From a virus, in the IMG/VR virus record IMGVR_UViG_3300025018_000383: DNA of 32,374 nucleotides; one strand, 5' to 3'. Positions 1 to 8,155 of this stretch are shown here, one piece after another. Positions within the stretch are counted from its first letter, which is position 1, and each line of letters begins with the position of its first letter. The notes below the pieces were generated by a model. That model searched no databases. It saw nothing but the letters and a program-made list of their open reading frames with translations, and was not told the DNA's origin. The translations under genes and the position numbers were made by a program.

Positions 1-127
1 AAGCCCTGTGCGGCGGGCCGTGCTGGCGAACAGCGCATCAGCGGCCAGTCGCACTGCGGCTTCGGCTTCTGGCGCCAGCGCCAGCGCCGGGCCGGCGTTC
101 TCGGCAAACCACGCATCACGGATGGCT
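1..127. repeat. Terminal overlap, copy 1 (identical to 32248-32374)
   Basis: Direct comparison: nt 1-127 (aagccctgtgcggcgggccg...catcacggatggct) equal nt 32248-32374 exactly. The repeat lies inside a coding region. Confidence 0.97.
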
Positions 128-2166
128 GGCGGCGCCAACGTCACCAGCTTGTCGCGCAGCGCCTGATCGCCATCGAACATTTGGATTGCAATAGGGTCGA
201 ATGCATGGCTGGTGGCCAGCAGTGCGCCAGCATGGGCGGCCAGCGGCGCCTGGCGGTGCACCGCCTGGAACACATCCACCGCCCGATCGCCTGCGCCATT
301 GACCACCAGCCGCGTTAGCACGGCCGCCTGTTCGCTGTCGGCGGACGCAAAGGCGTTTTGCAACGCGGTAACTTCAGCAGGTTTCAGCAACGCCAAACGC
401 CGGCCCATGTCGTTTTCCAGTGCCGCCATCTGTTCGCGGCGCACAGCCAGCGCCGCCGGCAGTGCTGCGGGGGTGGTCGGGTCGATGGCAACAGGTTGGG
501 CGATCAGTCCGTAATCTTCCCCATATTGGACCGGATCGGCGCGCAACCCTGTATCTTGGGTCGTCTGCAATTTCTCCAACGCCGTCAGGCGCGCGGCGCT
601 GGCGGCATCCTGCACACCAGCGCCGCGGGCCTCTGCCACATAGGCTTGCACTTGTTGCGGCGGCAGTCGCGCCACCGCAGCCATTTCAGCTTGCAGATTT
701 TCGGCCTCTTGCAACGCCACCAGGCTGTCGCTGTCGCCCAATTGGGTCAGGCGGGTGCGCAAATCGTCCAGGCCGGTATAGGTGCGTCCGGCGTTCAACG
801 CCGCGACTGCCACCTTGGTGTCGGTGGCGGTGCGGCGGGTGGCATCCTGGTGGGCGCGGTCGTGGCGGCTCACGCCTTCCAGCATGCTGGCCGTCAGTGC
901 CCGGCGCTGGTCTGGCGTGAAGTCATCGCTTTGCAATTCGCCGCGGGCAAAGGCGTCGGCAAACAGGCGGGCCGCTGCTGGCCCTTGTTCCAGCGCTTGA
1001 TCGAACTGGGCCAGAACACCCTGCTTCGCCAGCGATGTCGTAAAGTCTTCGCCCATTTTGACGATCTGGCCGGGCGATTGCATCTCGCCTGCCGCCAGCG
1101 CCGCACGGGCGGCGGTGAAGCGGGCCACTGCCTCGCCGACCTGATCCATGTCGCCCGCGCGCATGGCGGTTTCGGCCTGAGCCTGGGCGCGCTCTGCCGT
1201 GGTCAGCAGGGTGATCTCGTCCCGCGCTTTGCCTGCCCTGGCGATTTGTCCCGCCAGATCGGTGCGTAGCCGAAACGTCTTGCGGTCGAACGATAATGCT
1301 GCCGCCTCACGCAGGGCAGCCGGTTGGCTGGCGACAACCGCCTCGCGCACGGCCTGGGCGCGACTGTCGAAGGCTTCCAGGTCGTCCCCAACCGCCTGCG
1401 CAATCCCCACCAGCTGCTGTTCGCTCGCAAACTCAGCACGGGCAAAGGCCGCTGCCTGCGCTGCCGTGCGGGCGCGGTCGGCGCGCGCTTCGATGTTGCT
1501 TTCGATTGCCAGCCGCCCGCGGCTGATCTTTTCCTCCAGGCCAATCGCCACTTGGTCACGCAGGCCCGGCGGCAGTTGAGCTAGCAATTGATCGCGATAG
1601 GTAACGGCAGCGGCATCGAAGGCCGCGCGGTTTTCCGGCGTTTTCCGCGCCAGCCTCGCCAGCGTTTCATCGCTTTGGATAAAGGCCCGCGCCATTGTGC
1701 GGCGATCCGCGTTCGCGTCGTCGGCATCGGCGACGGCGATCCCTGCCACACTGGCCTTTTGGTCGAACGCCAGGCCAATGCGCTCGCGCAGGCTCTCTGG
1801 AACTTGCTCCAGCACAGCCGTGCGGTCGGCGCTCAGCCGGGCCGAAAAGGCTCTAGGGTTGCCATCGGTCTCACGTGCCGAAGCCGCAATCCGTTCGTTG
1901 ATGGCAATTTCGGCACGGGCTAGGGCGGATGTCTCGCGGCGTTGCTGATCACGGGCGCCGATTTCCAGTGCCACATTCGCCAGCGCGCCGGCCGCCGTCG
2001 CCACGCCTTGAAACACGTCGCCTGCGCCAGCGGCCGCCGGCGGTTGCAAGCGCGGCGTGATGATCCGCCCCCCAGGCAAGGCCAGGCCGCGGGACTGAAA
2101 GCTCGGCACCTCATCGATTTGCGAGACGGGCCTGCGACCTTGGAAGGGGCGCGGAGCAATCCCCAT
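1..2166 (-). CDS. Large internal virion / ejection protein, N-terminal part. A single ORF of about 874 aa continues across the circular junction into 31789..32374.
   Basis: ATG at 2166-2164 overlaps the upstream stop (TGATG). My hand translation of the minus strand is open from 2166 to nt 1 and reads ...VRLAADALFASTARRTGL, which is the start of the listed ORF 31789..32301. The ORF track misses it because there is no stop inside the left edge. The protein is Ala/Arg/Gln-rich and helical, in the position of T7 gp15/gp16-type core proteins. Confidence 0.8.
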   Translation of the reverse strand, partial: MGIAPRPFQGRRPVSQIDEVPSFQSRGLALPGGRIITPRLQPPAAAGAGDVFQGVATAAGALANVALEIGARDQQRRETSALARAEIAINERIAASARETDGNPRAFSARLSADRTAVLEQVPESLRERIGLAFDQKASVAGIAVADADDANADRRTMARAFIQSDETLARLARKTPENRAAFDAAAVTYRDQLLAQLPPGLRDQVAIGLEEKISRGRLAIESNIEARADRARTAAQAAAFARAEFASEQQLVGIAQAVGDDLEAFDSRAQAVREAVVASQPAALREAAALSFDRKTFRLRTDLAGQIARAGKARDEITLLTTAERAQAQAETAMRAGDMDQVGEAVARFTAARAALAAGEMQSPGQIVKMGEDFTTSLAKQGVLAQFDQALEQGPAAARLFADAFARGELQSDDFTPDQRRALTASMLEGVSRHDRAHQDATRRTATDTKVAVAALNAGRTYTGLDDLRTRLTQLGDSDSLVALQEAENLQAEMAAVARLPPQQVQAYVAEARGAGVQDAASAARLTALEKLQTTQDTGLRADPVQYGEDYGLIAQPVAIDPTTPAALPAALAVRREQMAALENDMGRRLALLKPAEVTALQNAFASADSEQAAVLTRLVVNGAGDRAVDVFQAVHRQAPLAAHAGALLATSHAFDPIAIQMFDGDQALRDKLVTLAPPAIRDAWFAENAGPALALAPEAEAAVRLAADALFASTARRTGL

Positions 2167-2924
2167 CAGGCGGCAGCTCGCAAAGCAACTTGACTGAAAC
2201 CTAGCAGGTCTTGCGTGATGCCGGCCGTCGCGCGGCGGCTGATCGTGTTGCTCGTCGACGCTAGCCCGGCCTGGTCGGCCTGGAAGCTGGACGTGCTCAG
2301 GTTTCGGTCCGCGGCGTTGAACAGGTTGCCTGCCCGCAAAATCCGCAATTCTCGCTCAGCACTGGTGAAAGCGGCGGTGCGGGCGTCGGCCGCGCTGCCG
2401 GCGCCCAGATCAAGACCCGCCGCGGCCAGCCGCACACCCTGGGCGGCCAGCGTGCGTTGCAGTCGCAATTGGTTTTCCTGTTCCGCCGTCGCGAAGGCCA
2501 AGCCATCGCGCTGGACTTGCAGCGCCAGGCTGGCACCCTGCAACTCGCTTTGCGATGTCAATTGTCGTGCCAACAGGCGCTGCTGTTCGGCGGCGGCCTG
2601 CTGCTGTCCGAAGATGCCCGAAACCGTGCTAAGCCCAGAAAGGCCAAGGCCGATGGTGCTGGCGTTCGCGCCCAGAAAGCCCAGAACGCCACCACTACTG
2701 GCGGCGCTGGCGCCCAGCGACGTTCCGAGGTTCAACCCCAAGCCGATCGGCACGGCCGAGGCGCCGGCGGCTGCTGCGCCTGGCACCAGCGTGAGACCAG
2801 CGGCGACGGGCGCGCCAGCGGCGCCAGCGGCCGCCGGGGCAGCCAATAGGCCAAAGCCGCCCGTCGCGGCTCCCAATCCGGCTAGCGCGACCAGCGGCAA
2901 GGCGACCGAAAGCGCTTTTCCCAT
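2166..2924 (-). CDS. Membrane-active internal virion protein (252 aa): uncharged Gly/Ala/Leu-rich N-terminal half plus coiled-coil C-terminal half
   Basis: Internal ATG at 2924 (MGKALSVALPLVALAG...) overlaps the stop of the nozzle gene (TAATG). The listed longer N-terminal extension overlaps the upstream CDS. About 105 residues carry only one charged residue, followed by a Q/L/A/R heptad-like region. It sits in the position of T7 gp13/gp14. Confidence 0.7.
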   Translation of the reverse strand: MGKALSVALPLVALAGLGAATGGFGLLAAPAAAGAAGAPVAAGLTLVPGAAAAGASAVPIGLGLNLGTSLGASAASSGGVLGFLGANASTIGLGLSGLSTVSGIFGQQQAAAEQQRLLARQLTSQSELQGASLALQVQRDGLAFATAEQENQLRLQRTLAAQGVRLAAAGLDLGAGSAADARTAAFTSAERELRILRAGNLFNAADRNLSTSSFQADQAGLASTSNTISRRATAGITQDLLGFSQVALRAAA

Positions 2925-5101
2925 TACGTCGCAATCTCCAGGGTCACGGCGGCGATTGTCGCTGGCAACGGCATGCTGCCGCTCAACCGCAGCCTGGCAC
3001 GTTCCGCCCGTCTGCCGCCAGACCAGCCCAAGGTTCGCACCCGCCACTCACCGCTCCAGGGTGTAATCGGGCTGTCGAACTGATCCACATCGGTGCGCGG
3101 AAAGTTCAAATCTTGGCCGTTGACCGCACAGCCCGCGGTATTCCAGAAGCGGATGGTTGCGTTGACAATGCGATGCCGGCGCCCGGCCAGCGGCCGATAA
3201 CCGCCCTGCGCCACCGGCATTAGCAGAATTTCCCATGTCCGGGGAAAGCCTATGTCCAGCGCACTCACTTCCTCAGGCAGGGTGACGGCGCCGGCGACGA
3301 TCGTCGCATTGCCAAGAAATCTGCCGTCACCGACCAGCTGCACTGTTTCGCCATCCAACAGGCTCAAGCCGGCCCAGTTGGCCGTCGGCGCGCCCGCGGT
3401 CTGGCGGATGGCGCCAGACAAGTTCAGGCCCTCCACCTCTTTTTCCAAAAAGATCGTCGGCTGGCCGGCGATGTCACGCTCTGTCAACAGGTACAACGCT
3501 TCGCCGACCACGGCCACGTCCAAAATGGTGCCATCGATGGTCCATTGCGTCCAACCGGCCACTTGTTGACTGCGCTTGGAATTCAGGACGGCCATGGTTC
3601 CATCGCCATTCAAGACGAACAAATGCGTCGCGTTCGCTGCTGCGTCGCCACGGCGCACCGCGATCCGGAACGGCCCCGTGATCAAGCTGCGCGCCAGGAT
3701 CGACAAATCCTGCTGGTCATAGCCGGACAAGGCATCGTTATAGACGACCTCGTTAATGCCAACTGCCGTGCCGCCATCACTGGCCTGGACAAAGGCCATG
3801 GCCCGTTCCAAGGCTACCGGCTGCACGGCCGCGGCGGGCTGGTCGATATCCTTGCGCGGGATGAAGGTGTTCGGCGTGATGCCTGCGCCCGTGCGTTGAA
3901 CGAACACGCCGTTGTCCGTCAGCAAGAACAGTCCGTCGCCGCTGAACAGCGAATGAATGTTCGACACCTCATTGCCACCCAGCTCTGCGGCAACGGCATC
4001 GGTATCTAGCAGGTCAAGCCCTACCTTAAAATCGTAAGGGTCGGCGATGGTAGAGCCGTCAATCCGGTTCGGTCGGTCGCGGTGGCCCGCCAAGTAAAGC
4101 CGGCCCTCGTGCAGTGCGCAGGCAGCTGGATAGCCGCGGCGCGCACTCCAAACAGGTTCTGTCAGACGCCGAAATTCCCAATTCCCGGCCGTGATCGTGT
4201 TGATGTTCTGAAACGGCTCTTGCACCGCGACACGTGCCACGGTGGTGGATACCACCTGCGTGATAATCGCCTCGCCTTGGTTGCCGCGGATGAAGGCGTC
4301 GACATCATCGTCAACGAAATAGGGCGCGCTCAGGGTGACAGTTACGGTTTCGCCCGCGGTTGCGCTGGGCGTCAAGTTCACTGGTGGCCCCAGGTAGCCA
4401 TCCATGCGGAACAGCCATGCACCCGGCACCATCGGGTTGGTATTGGGCCAGTCGCTGGTAACGTCGACGGTCACAACGGTGGGGCTGGTATAGCCAACTA
4501 CGCGGGCTTGCCCGGAATTGCCGTTGACGATGGCGCCCACATCGGCAGCGCGCCAAAAGTCGGCGCTGGCGGTCAGGGTAACGCCGCTGCCCGTAACGGC
4601 GCCAGGCGTCACCGTATAGGCCGGATAGGTTCGGGCAAACAGCACCTTGGGCACGTTGACAAAGGCAGTGACTGTCAGGCTCCAGGCGATATCACTTCCC
4701 TTGCGTTGCAGCGTGTAGGTCGGATAGCTGGCGTGTGTCACGAACATCGTGTCGCGCGACTGGGTCCAGATCAGCGACGGCACGTCAGCCGCAGCCCAGG
4801 GCGAGGCCAGGGTGGCGACCAGGGCATCGTCACGATAAATCTTTAGCGACAAATTCAGCCACACCAGCAGGTATTGCTGGGCGGCGGAAAAGCGAAACCG
4901 GGTGGTGCGCAGCGCGCCCGGAATGGTGGCGATAATTTCAGTGCCATTGGCGGCGCGGGCCATGCCGCGCGGATCCAAGGTGATGTTGCGTAGTACGCGG
5001 GCGCTGGCATAGAACGGCGCCACGTCTTCGCGGCCAGCCGCTTCATGGTCGATCTGGCCGGCTGTGAAGGAAAAATGCTGTTCGAAGCCACGGCGCGCCA
5101 T
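2924..5101 (-). CDS. Tail tubular protein B / nozzle-like protein (725 aa)
   Basis: Long ORF immediately after the 190-aa adaptor-like gene. The size and order match the T7 gp11-gp12 pair. Beta-rich composition. Assignment is by synteny, not by a recognised motif. Confidence 0.6.
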   Translation of the reverse strand: MARRGFEQHFSFTAGQIDHEAAGREDVAPFYASARVLRNITLDPRGMARAANGTEIIATIPGALRTTRFRFSAAQQYLLVWLNLSLKIYRDDALVATLASPWAAADVPSLIWTQSRDTMFVTHASYPTYTLQRKGSDIAWSLTVTAFVNVPKVLFARTYPAYTVTPGAVTGSGVTLTASADFWRAADVGAIVNGNSGQARVVGYTSPTVVTVDVTSDWPNTNPMVPGAWLFRMDGYLGPPVNLTPSATAGETVTVTLSAPYFVDDDVDAFIRGNQGEAIITQVVSTTVARVAVQEPFQNINTITAGNWEFRRLTEPVWSARRGYPAACALHEGRLYLAGHRDRPNRIDGSTIADPYDFKVGLDLLDTDAVAAELGGNEVSNIHSLFSGDGLFLLTDNGVFVQRTGAGITPNTFIPRKDIDQPAAAVQPVALERAMAFVQASDGGTAVGINEVVYNDALSGYDQQDLSILARSLITGPFRIAVRRGDAAANATHLFVLNGDGTMAVLNSKRSQQVAGWTQWTIDGTILDVAVVGEALYLLTERDIAGQPTIFLEKEVEGLNLSGAIRQTAGAPTANWAGLSLLDGETVQLVGDGRFLGNATIVAGAVTLPEEVSALDIGFPRTWEILLMPVAQGGYRPLAGRRHRIVNATIRFWNTAGCAVNGQDLNFPRTDVDQFDSPITPWSGEWRVRTLGWSGGRRAERARLRLSGSMPLPATIAAVTLEIAT

Positions 5102-5105
5102 CGGG

Positions 5106-5678
5106 CTAGCCTCTGGCGTCGATCAACGGAAACGACTGGATGACAATCGGCGTTGCCTGCTGGCTATCGATCCGCTTGGCGCGGCTCAGCTCAAGCTCGG
5201 CTTGCTGCAGGAAGGCGCCATAGCGCTGGTGATCTTCCGTCACCGCCATGCACAATTCGGCCCGAAGTTGCGCGCGCATCAGCGCCACGAAGTGGGGCGG
5301 CCAGATGGCCTCTGGCGCATCATAGACATAGCTCAGAATGGCCGGATCGGCATTGGTGTGCACGCGGCCCTCTGCAACGCGATAGGGCCAGCCGCGCCCG
5401 CGGTTCCGCTGGCCTCCCAGTGCAACTGCGTGCAGGAAGTCGGCCGGCAGCGCATAGGCGAAGTCGTAATCAGCAACCGGGATGGCCGCCAGCTTGGCCA
5501 ACTCCGCCTGTGCACTGGCAAAGCCCCAGCGATGCACGGTCAACATGGCCGATCGAACAAAGGGATAAAGCGCCCGCGCGGCCTCGGCGCCCGCGCCATC
5601 ATCCTCCAAAGAGGTGATGGGCGCGTCGCCTAGGGCCACTAAGGCCGCACTGACAATTTCGACGTCAGTCGCAGGCAT
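5106..5678 (-). CDS. Tail tubular protein A / head-tail adaptor-like protein (190 aa)
   Basis: The 190-aa size and its position (capsid, small gene, this gene, 725-aa gene) parallel T7 gp11 (196 aa). The N-terminus IVSAALVALGDAPITSLED...HRWGFA resembles podovirus adaptor N-termini as I remember them. Confidence 0.55.
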   Translation of the reverse strand: MPATDVEIVSAALVALGDAPITSLEDDGAGAEAARALYPFVRSAMLTVHRWGFASAQAELAKLAAIPVADYDFAYALPADFLHAVALGGQRNRGRGWPYRVAEGRVHTNADPAILSYVYDAPEAIWPPHFVALMRAQLRAELCMAVTEDHQRYGAFLQQAELELSRAKRIDSQQATPIVIQSFPLIDARG

Positions 5679-5679
5679 G

Positions 5680-5940
5680 TTAATCGGTGTTCACCGTGAC
5701 TGCGGTGGCGTTGGTCGTGTCGACGTTCACGCCGTCGTTCAGGTTGACCATCGCCAGGCCGTTGCCGTTGCTGCCGCGGATCAGCATGAAGTCTCCGACC
5801 GCCAGCTGGCTCATGGCCGCGTTGAAATAGCCGGTGGTGTCGATCGTGATCAGCGTATCCGTCTCGCTGGTATAGTGGAACATCCGCTTGCCGGGGCGAA
5901 TTCCGGCGACATGCTCAAGCGTCGATTGGGTGAAAGCCAT
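5680..5940 (-). CDS. Small head-module protein (86 aa), possible decoration/cement protein
   Basis: Internal ATG at 5940 is preceded by GGAGA at 8 nt spacing. The listed upstream extension (to 6186) overlaps the capsid gene in another frame. The stop abuts the next gene start. Confidence 0.6.
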   Translation of the reverse strand: MAFTQSTLEHVAGIRPGKRMFHYTSETDTLITIDTTGYFNAAMSQLAVGDFMLIRGSNGNGLAMVNLNDGVNVDTTNATAVTVNTD

Positions 5941-5961
5941 AAGGTTTGTCTCCAGATTGTT

Positions 5962-5980
5962 GGCGGCGCCAGGCGCCGCC
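5962..5980 (-). terminator. GC-rich stem-loop just downstream of the major capsid gene (possible attenuator or mRNA-stabilising hairpin; no U-tract)
   Basis: GGCGGCGCC-A-GGCGCCGCC is a perfect inverted repeat in the 62-nt gap between the capsid stop (6003) and the next start (5940). Confidence 0.35.
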
Positions 5981-6002
5981 GATGGTGTGAGCTCGTTCGG
6001 CG

Positions 6003-6839
6003 TTAGGCGATGACAATATCGTCCTTCAGGCGCAATTCCACGATGCCACGCGCATCGATCCCGACGGCACCCTGACTCAGTTTGCCATTGAACAGCCAGG
6101 CGTCTTTCAGCGGGATGAAGTCGATTTTCATGGTGACTTCCTTGCCGCTGGCGTGGCCGACCGCGGTTTGATGAAACATGAAACACTTGCGCGTGTTAGC
6201 AGCAGCCACTGGCAGGCCACTGTGGTGCAGCCAGATGGTATTGCGCCAACGCCGCGCCTCCATGTTCTTCAGCCACGGGTATTGGTCCCCGACATAGTCC
6301 GCGTTCGAAAATTCGGAGATATTCAACATTTCCGACCAGGCGTGCGGCGATAGCACCGCATACCGGTTGCCATCGTCCGGCAGATCATTCGCGTTCATGG
6401 CTTCGATTGCCTGCGCCGCCACCGCCTTCGTAAAGGCAGTCGTATAATCACCAACCACTGTGCCCCCGGCGGCTTCCAGGGCGGCGATGATAAGGGCGTC
6501 GGTTTTCCGTCCAAGCGCCCAGCTGGAGGCGTTCACGCGCACCATGCGCTCGTCAATGTTGGTTTTGATGGTGTCCAGGTCATCGACCAGGGTCGGGGCA
6601 TACCAGTCGCCCAGCGGGCACTCGACAGGCGCGTGGTCCAGATCTTGCACAGGCACGTCACCGTTACGGGTTTTCTGTGCCGCTTCGATCGTTCCAGTTT
6701 TCTGAAACGTGGTGGACGAGCCGATAACGCCGCTCTTGCGCCGGACCGCGTTGCGCAGCAGCGACCCCTGGCGCTGATAAGCCTGGTGCACTTCCGCCTC
6801 ATACCGGCGGATAAAGGCTTGATCGATATTTTCGGGCAT
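6003..6839 (-). CDS. Major capsid protein (278 aa, presumed HK97-fold)
   Basis: Position directly after the scaffold gene. The N-terminal pattern F-x3-Y-x3-V-x2-AYQ-x2-GS-LR and the overall layout match podovirus (BPP-1-type) capsid proteins as I recall them. Preceded by a long structured leader. Confidence 0.75.
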   Translation of the reverse strand: MPENIDQAFIRRYEAEVHQAYQRQGSLLRNAVRRKSGVIGSSTTFQKTGTIEAAQKTRNGDVPVQDLDHAPVECPLGDWYAPTLVDDLDTIKTNIDERMVRVNASSWALGRKTDALIIAALEAAGGTVVGDYTTAFTKAVAAQAIEAMNANDLPDDGNRYAVLSPHAWSEMLNISEFSNADYVGDQYPWLKNMEARRWRNTIWLHHSGLPVAAANTRKCFMFHQTAVGHASGKEVTMKIDFIPLKDAWLFNGKLSQGAVGIDARGIVELRLKDDIVIA

Positions 6840-7077
6840 GCAGGAAGTCTCTCTTGGCTGTGGAGGGCCGGCGACCGCGTCACGCGCACCACTCCCGATA
6901 ATGCCGGGAAACGCTCCGGCAGGCGGGCAGTGTGGGCGCAGGTCTTGCCAAGAGAGGCCACGCTATGTGGCAAGGCATTCAGGGTGGCGGTAGCCGCCAG
7001 GGGGCCGTTTGCCTTGCCCGTGTTCAGACGTTGATCAACTCCGAAACGAATTGCAAGCAGTTTTTCCGAGAGTCCCG
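6840..7077 (-). promoter_or_regulatory. Structured 238-nt leader between the scaffold and capsid genes, with three mutually exclusive helices
   Basis: Inverted repeats read directly: 7011-7018/6969-6976 (8 bp, enclosing GGCGG-tag-CCGCC at 6986-6998), 6968-6974/6944-6950 (7 bp), and 6947-6956/6849-6858 (10 bp). The last arm ends 9 nt upstream of the capsid ATG. Confidence 0.45.
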
Positions 7078-7947
7078 TTAAACGCTATCACCCGCATAAA
7101 GCCTGGCGTATCCGTCCGTGACCTCCTGGATCAAAACCGGGTCGTGGTCACGCCAATAGCGCGGATCGTTCATCTTGGCTTTCAGGTCGGCCTCACTGAT
7201 CGGCGCTTGGGTCGGCGCCGTGCGGCGGGCCACCATCGGTGGCTCTTTGGCAGCGCCCATCAGACGATGCAACAGCCTGACGCCGGCCGCCGATCCTGCG
7301 GCAGTTTTGGCCGCCGTCAGTAGCTCCATATCCGGCTGGCCTGTTGCGTCAACCGTCTGCGCGGTCAACCAATCGCGCAGCTGTTGCGCTTGCACCTTGG
7401 CGGCCGCTTCGCCGCCAAAAAATTCTGTCACGGCCGCGCGTTCCACCTGTTCGCGCTCAGCTTGCTGCTTCTGCCAGTCGTTCTGCTCTGCTACTTCCGT
7501 TTCAAGATATGTTGCGACAAGCTCGTCGAACATGCCTTGCGTGGCGATACCCTTATGTTTCGCCGCGACCTCTCGAAACGCCATGGCAAGTGGGTGTTCA
7601 TCGTCGATTTCCACCCTATCGGCCATATTGTCCGGCACGTGGAGTTCATAGGTCTCCGGCACTTCGCCGCGGGCAGACAACTGCTTTCGCAGGTCCAGCG
7701 CCCGCTTGGCTGCGCGGGTCGGATTGATGCTGCCTGTGGCTTCGTCCCACAGGTCCGGCGGCACCTCGAAGCGTTCGCCATCCAATTCGACCACGCGGGC
7801 TGCTTTGCCGGCCGTGGCCGTCGAGGTTTCTCCGGTCCCTGCCGTAGCATCAGCCGCAGGGGCCGCAGCATCGGTGGCCGCATCGGTCGCCGCATCGTCG
7901 GCAGAGCCGTCCAGGCCGATCAGATCGGAAGTGTGCTTAATGGGCAT
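7078..7947 (-). CDS. Scaffolding protein (289 aa)
   Basis: Sits between portal and capsid. Acidic and helical, with a low-complexity DAATDAATDAAAP N-terminus and an NDPRYWRDHDP motif near the C-terminus, as seen in podovirus scaffolds. Confidence 0.65.
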   Translation of the reverse strand: MPIKHTSDLIGLDGSADDAATDAATDAAAPAADATAGTGETSTATAGKAARVVELDGERFEVPPDLWDEATGSINPTRAAKRALDLRKQLSARGEVPETYELHVPDNMADRVEIDDEHPLAMAFREVAAKHKGIATQGMFDELVATYLETEVAEQNDWQKQQAEREQVERAAVTEFFGGEAAAKVQAQQLRDWLTAQTVDATGQPDMELLTAAKTAAGSAAGVRLLHRLMGAAKEPPMVARRTAPTQAPISEADLKAKMNDPRYWRDHDPVLIQEVTDGYARLYAGDSV

Positions 7948-8155
7948 TTCGTCCGTCCTTCACCATCATCAGAATTTGCAAGGCCAAGTCGCGGGCGCCG
8001 GCTTGTCTGGCCAACGCGATGCCATCCTTGGCGTCCGCGCTCAGTCTCTCCACGAACACCTGGCGCAGCCAGCTCTCCAGGTGCGCGCCATCCTTGCCGG
8101 CAAAACACCGCGCAAAGGCCGCGTTCAGCTCATGGCCGCTGGGTCGATCGCTCAT
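7937..8155 (-). CDS. Small conserved head-module protein (72 aa), Bbp19-like by recollection
   Basis: ATGA overlap with the portal stop and an 11-nt overlap with the scaffold start. The pattern F-x-R-x-F-x-G-x-DG-x-LE-x-WL resembles the Bbp19-like phage domain. Confidence 0.55.
   Translation of the reverse strand: MSDRPSGHELNAAFARCFAGKDGAHLESWLRQVFVERLSADAKDGIALARQAGARDLALQILMMVKDGRNAH

Noticed and set aside
1-127. The 127-nt terminal repeat as a genuine T7-like direct terminal repeat.
   Set aside because: It lies in the middle of an ORF that is in frame across the junction, and its length equals a common assembler k-mer. An assembly overlap of a circular or permuted molecule is the simpler explanation.
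358-1269. Long plus-strand ORFs antisense to the structural genes: 358..1269, 2215..3066, 4082..4846, 7384..8211, 11080..12024, 15393..16190, 21094..21960, 27835..28599, 30183..31112, 31342..32127 and many shorter ones.
   Set aside because: These are shadow ORFs typical of GC-rich DNA. Their products are Arg/Ala/Pro/Gly-rich with no motifs and no SD or overlap coupling. Each lies opposite a minus-strand ORF that has recognisable domains or fits the tightly coupled gene chain.
7850-7915. The short tandem 12-nt repeats (GCATCGGTNGCC) in the scaffold gene 5' region.
   Set aside because: They simply encode the low-complexity DAATDAATDAAAP N-terminus of the scaffold protein. There is no evidence of an independent function.
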